Shown here: piece after piece, positions 1 to 5,795 of the stretch
How positions within the stretch are numbered: the first letter of the stretch is position 1
How the letters are laid out: each line of letters starts with the position of its first letter
IMG/VR virus record: IMGVR_UViG_3300035164_000608
Span: 1 to 29,673 of that record
Source of the DNA: a virus
Lineage: Duplodnaviria > Caudoviricetes
DNA length: 29,673 bases
Strand: one strand, 5' to 3'
Translations under genes and position numbers: made by a program
The notes under the pieces: generated by a model
Databases searched by the model: none
The model's input: the letters and a program-made list of their open reading frames with translations, nothing else
Told to the model about the DNA's origin: nothing

Positions 1-2
1 AT

Positions 3-341
3 GATATACCAAATCTCGTACTATTTGATATTTTAAATTTAGGTAAACCTTCTTATGGCAAGTTTAACACGCCAACATTTATAGGTTATGGTTCTTTAGT
101 TTCAAAACCGTACTTCCCAGGCGCACACGCGTACAGGATAACTCCTAAAGGAGCAGCAGATTTAATTAACGAAGCGCAGTTTAGCGCTGGACCAACTGAC
201 ATATACATACATTCTAGTAAGTTTACATTAGGCGAGTTTTATCCATGGGTAGCTGAAGCAAGAGATAGTTTCACTACTATACAAAGAAAAGAAGGTTGTT
301 ACGCAAAACATAATTATGGTGAGACATATGAAATCTTATGA
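3..341 (+). CDS. Glycosyltransferase family 25-like protein, C-terminal part (5' truncated by window edge)
   Basis: Not in the ORF track. Frame 3 is open from 3 to TGA at 339-341 and reads ...YFPGAHAYRITPKGAADLI...GPTDIYI..., matching the GxxAYxIxxxGAxxLL...PxD pattern of GT25 (LgtB/Lex2-type). Overlaps the next GT gene. Confidence 0.65.
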   Translation, partial: DIPNLVLFDILNLGKPSYGKFNTPTFIGYGSLVSKPYFPGAHAYRITPKGAADLINEAQFSAGPTDIYIHSSKFTLGEFYPWVAEARDSFTTIQRKEGCYAKHNYGETYEIL

Positions 342-969
342 TGAAGCTTTCGTAACAGGTTGTGATGAAAATCATGAGTGGATGCTTGAGTGGTTTTTTA
401 AAAATTATAAAAAACACATGAAAGATGTTCCACTTGTATTTGCTAATTTTGGTTTAACACCAGATGGACTAAAAAAAGTTCGTGAAAACGTACATGCAGT
501 AATGAACCTAAAACCGTTTGATGAAGAAGGCTGGTTTAAGAAGCCAATGTCCATGATAAAATGTCCTTCTAAAAAGACAATATGGATTGACTTAGATTGC
601 GAGATAAGAGATGATATAAGTAATTTATTTAATATGTTAAAACCAAACATGTTAAACATGGTAGAAGATAAACCTTGGACGATGAGAGGTCAAGAATTAT
701 GGCACAATTCTGGAGTTGTTGGATTCATAGACAAACCTACAATATTGTATGATTGGGCTAAAGCAATAAGAGATAATCCAGTTCAAGGAGATCAAGAAGT
801 ATTACATTTGTTACTTAACCCCATAACAAAGATTAAATATATAAATGATATACCAAACGAATATAATGTGTTAAGGTTACAAGTTGAGACAGACGGATAT
901 GCAGGAGCAATAAAGGTCATGCATTGGACAGGACAAAAAGGAAAGAATAAGATAAGGTCGATGTTATGA
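328..969 (+). CDS. GT-A fold glycosyltransferase (GT8-like)
   Basis: IWIDLD (DxD), WHNSGVV, GDQEVL, YN and C-terminal HWTG motifs typical of GT8-like enzymes. Start is ATG 328 or ATG 316. Confidence 0.75.
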   Translation: MKSYDEAFVTGCDENHEWMLEWFFKNYKKHMKDVPLVFANFGLTPDGLKKVRENVHAVMNLKPFDEEGWFKKPMSMIKCPSKKTIWIDLDCEIRDDISNLFNMLKPNMLNMVEDKPWTMRGQELWHNSGVVGFIDKPTILYDWAKAIRDNPVQGDQEVLHLLLNPITKIKYINDIPNEYNVLRLQVETDGYAGAIKVMHWTGQKGKNKIRSML

Positions 970-1595
970 AAAGAGTCGTGCACTTAGTTGGAAACGGAGA
1001 TAACGCTTCTTTATTTTTTAAAGAACCTAGACCAGGGATGAAGCTAACTTGCAATCTTCCACCTTTTAATGTTGCCGGAACTTATGCCTCGGTCATAGTT
1101 GATTTTAAGATGATGAAAGCAATGCAAGAAGGATCTATACAAGTCCCAGGAGAATGGATACTTGGAATGAGACCTAAGATACACATGGAAAAAAATGCCA
1201 CTTTCTACTTGCGGCATTCTCATCAGGTAAAAGAATTTTATACTGTTCTTCCAAAGTATGTAGCAAACTATACTGACTTTAATTGTGGTCATATGGCCTG
1301 TCATTACGCAGCAAATAAAGTTAAAGCAGACGAAATACATCTTTATGGATTTGATTCTATATTTGATTTTAATCTAAGAAGTTGTTCTGATTTTTATCTT
1401 GGTTCAGACAGAGGTAATCAAAACAATAATAGACTAGCAAATAACTGGAGACCAGTATGGGAAAATATGTTTAATGAGTTTCCAAACACAACTTTTTTCC
1501 TTCATCATATACACGATGCCATTAAAATAAATAAAGGTAATAACGTTAAGATAATTACATATGATTCCAAAGCAGTAGTACCACAAAACATATAA
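966..1595 (+). CDS. CstII/Maf (GT42/DUF115)-like sialyl- or nonulosonate-transferase-fold protein
   Basis: N-terminal HLVGNG...TCN...D and later NCGHMACHYA...EIHLYGFD, parallel to the GNGPS...CN and TSG...EIYLxGxD motifs of CstII/Maf-type transferases. ATGA overlap with the upstream GT. Confidence 0.6.
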   Translation: MKRVVHLVGNGDNASLFFKEPRPGMKLTCNLPPFNVAGTYASVIVDFKMMKAMQEGSIQVPGEWILGMRPKIHMEKNATFYLRHSHQVKEFYTVLPKYVANYTDFNCGHMACHYAANKVKADEIHLYGFDSIFDFNLRSCSDFYLGSDRGNQNNNRLANNWRPVWENMFNEFPNTTFFLHHIHDAIKINKGNNVKIITYDSKAVVPQNI

Positions 1596-1607
1596 TTAAC
1601 ATGTTAA
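1596..1607. promoter_or_regulatory. Perfect palindrome TTAACATGTTAA, copy 1 (putative operator/activator site)
   Basis: Directly after the stop codon, followed by GTG, 11 bp upstream of a -35 box. Identical copies at 2043 and 2943. Confidence 0.7.
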
Positions 1608-1618
1608 GTGTAAAGTCC

Positions 1619-1647
1619 TTTACATTTGCATAGATGTGTGGTATAAT
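1619..1647 (+). promoter_or_regulatory. Early (sigma70-type) promoter P1
   Basis: TTTACA (1619-1624), 17-bp spacer, TGn-TATAAT (1642-1647); AGGAG RBS follows. Confidence 0.85.
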
Positions 1648-1675
1648 AGAACTATAATTGAAAAGGAGTCAAAAT

Positions 1676-1879
1676 ATGGCTAAGAAAAAATCTAACGTAA
1701 TCGATTTTAAAAAAGCAGCCGCTAAAAAATTTAACGAAGAAAACGAAATAGTATTTACTATCGAAGGCGAAGATTATCAGCTCGGTGAAATGGTTCATCA
1801 GGCTCATAATGATAATGGTATGGAATTTGTATTTAAGTTGGAGGAATTTGACGATGATAGCGACGAAACCATTCACTGA
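1676..1879 (+). CDS. Small hypothetical early protein (basic N-terminus, acidic C-terminus)
   Basis: AGGAG at 1664-1668 favours ATG 1676 (MAKKKSNVIDF) over the TTG at 1658. Confidence 0.75.
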   Translation: MAKKKSNVIDFKKAAAKKFNEENEIVFTIEGEDYQLGEMVHQAHNDNGMEFVFKLEEFDDDSDETIH

Positions 1880-2042
1880 ACTAGATCTACTAAAAAAGCA
1901 ATTAGCAGAAGAAACTAAAGAAAAGTACGCTTTGTATAAGAGAATCAAAGAACTTAATGAAGAACTTCGTGCTTTAAAAAATAAAAGTCCAGAATTATCA
2001 TCTGATTCTGGACCAAACGAGATACAGAGAAATAGAACATGA
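1854..2042 (+). CDS. Small coiled-coil hypothetical protein
   Basis: GGAGG at 1840-1844 precedes ATG 1854, in frame with track ORF 1785..2042; heptad-like LKKQLAEETKEKYALYKRIKELNEELRAL. Confidence 0.7.
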   Translation: MIATKPFTELDLLKKQLAEETKEKYALYKRIKELNEELRALKNKSPELSSDSGPNEIQRNRT

Positions 2043-2054
2043 TTAACATGTTAA
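2043..2054. promoter_or_regulatory. Palindrome TTAACATGTTAA, copy 2
   Basis: Immediately after the TGA stop; 31 bp upstream of the -35 box of P2. Confidence 0.7.
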
Positions 2055-2085
2055 GTGAAAAAATTCAAATAAGTGAAAAAAAACG

Positions 2086-2114
2086 TTTACAAACGCAAAA
2101 AAGTATGGTATAAT
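2086..2114 (+). promoter_or_regulatory. Early promoter P2
   Basis: (G)TTTACA 2086-2091, 17-bp spacer, TGn-TATAAT 2109-2114; GTTTAC matches the T4 early -35 consensus. Confidence 0.85.
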
Positions 2115-2169
2115 ATATCTATAAAATGGAAAAAGAAATGATAAAAAGAATAGGAGAAAATCAAAATGA

Positions 2170-2378
2170 CATAGCTACAAGTAACCGACAGGGTGTTGTG
2201 ATGGACAATGAGATAACGAGAAGCACACCGGGATTTACAGGTTTGGTACCACCCAGGGAATCAGCGTCGGAATGTAAAACGTATCCCACCTTATCATGGG
2301 GCCGATTGGTCGGTAAGGTGGATGTCTTGACAACGGCCCCAAAGAATTTGGAGATGGCTAATGCCTAGTCCATCCGAA
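2170..2378 (+). ncRNA. Candidate structured RNA or leader with an H-type pseudoknot (family unknown)
   Basis: GC-richer than its surroundings and downstream of P2. Stems: CCACCTTATC 2286-2295 / GGTAAGGTGG 2312-2321, crossed by TGGGGCCG 2297-2304 / CGGCCCCA 2334-2341; also CCGAC 2185-2189 / GTCGG 2266-2270 and GGGATTTACA 2230-2239 / TGTAA 2273-2277 + ATCCC 2283-2287. Boundaries approximate. Confidence 0.55.
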
Positions 2379-2549
2379 CTTCAATCAATGCTTCCACTAT
2401 TATTACAACTCCTCTTCTTCGCGGTAGCTGGAGCATTGATTGTCGGTACATTCGTTTCTATTATTGGTTTCATGTTTAGACATGCATTGATAATAATTAT
2501 TTTAATAATTTTAACTTTTTTCCTTTACAATTATGAAAAAATGTGGTAG
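2361..2549 (+). CDS. Small hydrophobic (membrane) protein
   Basis: 62 aa with two long hydrophobic stretches; GGAG at 2350-2353 upstream. Confidence 0.6.
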   Translation: MPSPSELQSMLPLLLQLLFFAVAGALIVGTFVSIIGFMFRHALIIIILIILTFFLYNYEKMW

Positions 2550-2552
2550 AAT
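2524..2552 (+). promoter_or_regulatory. Early promoter P3 (no palindrome)
   Basis: TTTACA 2524-2529, 17-bp spacer, TGn-TAGAAT 2547-2552. Confidence 0.8.
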
Positions 2553-2580
2553 ATAAGTATAATAAAAAAAGGACTATATT

Positions 2581-2946
2581 ATGACAATGCACTTAATGCC
2601 AATATATTATAACAATAATAACAGTAAAAAAAGAAAACAAGCTTTTAAAAAGCCTGGGTGGCAAAAAGCTCAAGCCGAGCACGATGCATGGCTTATGAAA
2701 CGTGGTGTACACCCGTCACAACTTAAAAATAAAACAAAGAATGCAGGAATCAAGGCTCCTAACTACAAGGAGCATTCACGAGCTCTACCAACTAGTGACT
2801 ACACAGGTCCTATCGTTGGTAAGTCCAAACAAAACACTTACACTGGTACTTTTATCACTGGCATCGCCACCATGCACAAGTCGAATATGGTACCTGTAAG
2901 TAAAAATGCTGACGCAAAAGAATATGCAACGATGAGACGTAATTAA
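2581..2946 (+). CDS. Basic hypothetical protein of T4-like phages
   Basis: 121 aa, K-rich; the C-terminal YTG...GIATMHKSNxVPV motif is recalled from T4-like hypothetical proteins. AGGA RBS. Confidence 0.75.
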   Translation: MTMHLMPIYYNNNNSKKRKQAFKKPGWQKAQAEHDAWLMKRGVHPSQLKNKTKNAGIKAPNYKEHSRALPTSDYTGPIVGKSKQNTYTGTFITGIATMHKSNMVPVSKNADAKEYATMRRN

Positions 2947-2954
2947 CATGTTAA
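2943..2954. promoter_or_regulatory. Palindrome TTAACATGTTAA, copy 3
   Basis: Overlaps the TAA stop; 11 bp upstream of the -35 box of P4. Confidence 0.7.
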
Positions 2955-2965
2955 GTGAAAACTTG

Positions 2966-2994
2966 TTTACAAATGCAAAAAAGTATGATAGAAT
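2966..2994 (+). promoter_or_regulatory. Early promoter P4
   Basis: (G)TTTACA 2966-2971, 17-bp spacer, TGn-TAGAAT 2989-2994. Confidence 0.85.
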
Positions 2995-3023
2995 ATAAGT
3001 ATAATAAAAATTTAGGAGTTGAA

Positions 3024-3224
3024 ATGTATAATTATAATAAAATCATCGATCAGTTAGAAGCAATGTCGCCAGCTCACCAAGATGAGTTTGCTCAAAAGTT
3101 ATTAGAAAGAAATAGCGGTTTAGCAGCTGCTATATCTACTAAGATTAATATTGCTCATCAGGATAAGTATTATACTGATACTGAAGCAATGGAACAATCA
3201 TTTAAGTCAAGAGGTCTTGCTTAA
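3024..3224 (+). CDS. Small hypothetical early protein
   Basis: AGGAG RBS before ATG 3024; the track start at 2955 lies upstream of promoter P4. Confidence 0.7.
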   Translation: MYNYNKIIDQLEAMSPAHQDEFAQKLLERNSGLAAAISTKINIAHQDKYYTDTEAMEQSFKSRGLA

Positions 3225-3484
3225 TGAAAAATCCTATAGCAAAATATTTAATGTGTGCTTATGCATATTATGAGTTAGATAAGCCACTTATCTCAGATAC
3301 AGAGTTTGACATGTTAGCAAAAGAGATACTCGATAACTGGGATAACATCGAGCATATGCACAAATACTTATTAACAAAAGACATGTTAGTAGCAGGTACG
3401 TATTTAGGAGAGTACCCTAACATGGTAAAAGGCGCAGTCGGAAATTATATGAAGGAGTTGAATAATGGGATTAACCGCACTTAA
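3224..3484 (+). CDS. Stand-alone NAD-dependent DNA ligase domain Ia-like protein
   Basis: AYYELDKPLISDTEFDMLAKEI matches the YYxxDxPxISDxEYDxL motif of LigA domain Ia; only 86 aa, no KxDG adenylation motif. Confidence 0.75.
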   Translation: MKNPIAKYLMCAYAYYELDKPLISDTEFDMLAKEILDNWDNIEHMHKYLLTKDMLVAGTYLGEYPNMVKGAVGNYMKELNNGINRT

Positions 3485-4616
3485 AGGCAAAAAGTCTAAA
3501 AAGAAAACAATCAGATCTAAAGCACGTACTGGCTTAGCTGGTGTACCAGTTGAAAAAGGTTTTGACGCAGTCAAAGAATATTTTCATTTAGAAGTAGATA
3601 AAAAAGACTGTATCAGTCAAGTTAAAGCATGGGTTAAGAAAAACTTTCCTCAACCAGCAAAGTATATCTTAAGTCATCCAGAATGGAAGTTTAATATGAC
3701 TCATCACGCAGCTACTGCATTCTGGTACAACAACGATCTATATAAAAATAATGATCTTGGTAGAGATAAAGCCAAAGAATTTTTAAATGGACTATTTGAT
3801 TATATCATACCTTTAATTGAAACTGGTAAAGAGTTATATAAACAAAAAAGATCAGAACAAAAAGCTAAATCTAATGTTATTAGTATCTCACCTCAAATGA
3901 GATTAGAAAGAAAAATTAGAAATACCATAATGCAAGAATTACTTGAACTAGAAGACCAGTGGATAGAGGGTGAGGATGCCACTATTAATCTTTATGATAG
4001 ATTCAAGTATCACGGCTTAACAAATACTGCAATAAGTCACGTTAAGCCTCAGGTTGAGGGGTGGCTTCTAGATTATGAAGATGCCTATTATAAAAGATGT
4101 GAACAGGCTGTTGAAGGCTACTCCCATGTGAAAAAGTCATCCCTCAAACACCGAATCGACGTATGTAAGTCTATGTTAGAAGACATGGAAAGAATTAAGT
4201 CAGCCTCTAAAGCTACTAGAACTATTAAGATTAGTAAACCTAAAGCGGCTGATAAACAAGTCTCTAAGATGCAATACAAAAAAGAAGATAACGACTTTAA
4301 GATCGTGTCAATACATCCAATACAAATTATTGGTAAGAGAAGACTATACACGTTCAACACAAAACACAGAGAGCTCAATATGTTTTATACTGACGATCCA
4401 AAAGGATTTCAAGTATCAGGTTCAACTTTAAAAAGGTTTGACAAAGAGCAATCTATAAAGATTAGGTTGAGAAAACCTAATGACATTCTACCTTTGGTAC
4501 TGAACAAAACTCCTATTCAACTCCAAAAAGAGCTATCAGCTCTTAAAACGAAAGTTCAAGTACCAAATGGTAGAATCAATAACGATACAATATTATTAAG
4601 GGTTTTAGACAAATGA
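3465..4616 (+). CDS. Hypothetical protein (383 aa, basic)
   Basis: Long ORF with AGGAG RBS, coupled to gp33 by an ATGA overlap; no function recognised. Confidence 0.8.
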   Translation: MGLTALKGKKSKKKTIRSKARTGLAGVPVEKGFDAVKEYFHLEVDKKDCISQVKAWVKKNFPQPAKYILSHPEWKFNMTHHAATAFWYNNDLYKNNDLGRDKAKEFLNGLFDYIIPLIETGKELYKQKRSEQKAKSNVISISPQMRLERKIRNTIMQELLELEDQWIEGEDATINLYDRFKYHGLTNTAISHVKPQVEGWLLDYEDAYYKRCEQAVEGYSHVKKSSLKHRIDVCKSMLEDMERIKSASKATRTIKISKPKAADKQVSKMQYKKEDNDFKIVSIHPIQIIGKRRLYTFNTKHRELNMFYTDDPKGFQVSGSTLKRFDKEQSIKIRLRKPNDILPLVLNKTPIQLQKELSALKTKVQVPNGRINNDTILLRVLDK

Positions 4617-4855
4617 AGTTAGAAGATCAATTTTTAACTAAGTCTAAATTTACAAAGCTTATCGAAAAAACGGTAGCCGAACTTAAGATTCCGTACATGG
4701 ATGCTATCATCAAGGTATGTGAAAATAACGAGATCGAAATGGATGATGTAAGAAAATTTGTATCACCTGTTATCAAAGATAAGCTTGAGGCAGAAGCAAT
4801 GGAACTAAACTTGTTACCAAAGAAGAATTCTATTGATGAGTCTTTATTTAAATAA
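4613..4855 (+). CDS. gp33: Late promoter transcription co-activator gp33
   Basis: 80 aa, KF..IE..V.....YMDAI...CE.N.IE.....K.VS..IKDKLEAEA..LNLL pattern; next to gp32. Confidence 0.9.
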   Translation: MKLEDQFLTKSKFTKLIEKTVAELKIPYMDAIIKVCENNEIEMDDVRKFVSPVIKDKLEAEAMELNLLPKKNSIDESLFK

Positions 4856-4910
4856 TGTATATATAATTAATATACTTCAGTCAATATTTCAGCAATAAGG
4901 AGACAATACG

Positions 4911-5795
4911 ATGTCATTTGAAACTTTAAAGCGCAATCGAGGCGCGAACATTTCCAAAATAGTACAAGCCGCTCAAGCCACTAATACTGGCGAAACAAAG
5001 TCATATGTTGATGAGCGTATTTGGAAGCCAACTGTCGATAAGGCAGGTAATGGTTATGCTGTACTTAGATTTCTCCCTGGTAAAGATGGAGAGATTCCTT
5101 TCGTAAGATACTGGGATCATGGGTTCAAAGGGCCTACTGGTTTATGGTATATCGAAAACTCATTAACTTCAATTGGTCAAACTGATCCAGTTGGAGAACT
5201 CAACTCTAAACTTTGGAACTCTGGTATCGAGTCTGATAAAGAAAAAGCTCGTACTCAAAAGAGAAGATTGCATTATGTAACTAACGTGTATGTCGTTAGT
5301 GATTCATCAGCACCGCAAAACGAAGGTAAGGTATTTCTATACAAGTTTGGTAAGAAGATCTTCGATAAGATATTCGATCAAATGAATCCTGAATTTGCAG
5401 ATGAAACCCCTGTAGATCCATTTGATTTCTGGGAAGGTGCAGACTTTAAACTTAAGATAAGAAATGTAGAAGGTTATAGAAACTACGATAAGTCAGAGTT
5501 CTCTTCTCCTACTCCATTATTAGAAGGTTCTGAAGAAAAGCTCAAAGAAGTGTATGAAAACATGCACGATATAACTGAGTTTACTAATCCTAAGAACTAT
5601 AAAACTTATGATGAACTTAAGACTAAGTTAATGAAAGTTCTTGGTGAAGAAGCAAACGCAGGTTCTTATGCAATGAGAGAAGAAGTAAGGATCAATGAAC
5701 CAGTGGCTGCAGTAGAACCTGTAACTGCTGAAGAAGTATCTGATGAAGATCAAGATACTATGTCTTACTTCGCTAAATTAGCAAAAGAAGACTAA
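4911..5795 (+). CDS. gp32: Single-stranded DNA-binding protein gp32
   Basis: DERIWKPTVDKAGNGYAVLRFLP, HGFKGPTGLWYIENS, FGKKIFDKI, PFDFWEGADFKLKIR, YRNYDKSEF and an acidic tail. Confidence 0.97.
   Translation: MSFETLKRNRGANISKIVQAAQATNTGETKSYVDERIWKPTVDKAGNGYAVLRFLPGKDGEIPFVRYWDHGFKGPTGLWYIENSLTSIGQTDPVGELNSKLWNSGIESDKEKARTQKRRLHYVTNVYVVSDSSAPQNEGKVFLYKFGKKIFDKIFDQMNPEFADETPVDPFDFWEGADFKLKIRNVEGYRNYDKSEFSSPTPLLEGSEEKLKEVYENMHDITEFTNPKNYKTYDELKTKLMKVLGEEANAGSYAMREEVRINEPVAAVEPVTAEEVSDEDQDTMSYFAKLAKED

Noticed and set aside
2283-2345. HDV-like ribozyme reading of the pseudoknot
   Set aside because: The stem order can be forced into that topology, but the 5' G, the L3/P1.1 sequence and a convincing catalytic J4/2 strand are missing.
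2126-2368. 80-aa track ORF downstream of P2
   Set aside because: Starts about 5 nt after the predicted transcription start with no RBS, has atypical composition and coincides with strong RNA stems. Probably incidental, though a leaderless peptide is not excluded.
2170-2380. Group I intron, tRNA or tmRNA
   Set aside because: TAGTCC at 2366-2371 resembles an S element, but there is no upstream GACTA partner for P7, no cloverleaf or T-loop, and no tag-peptide frame.
1596-2954. Repeats as a CRISPR array or CtrA boxes
   Set aside because: Copies are 447 and 900 bp apart and separated by genes; the spacing is TTAA-N4-TTAA, not the TTAA-N7-TTAA of CtrA.
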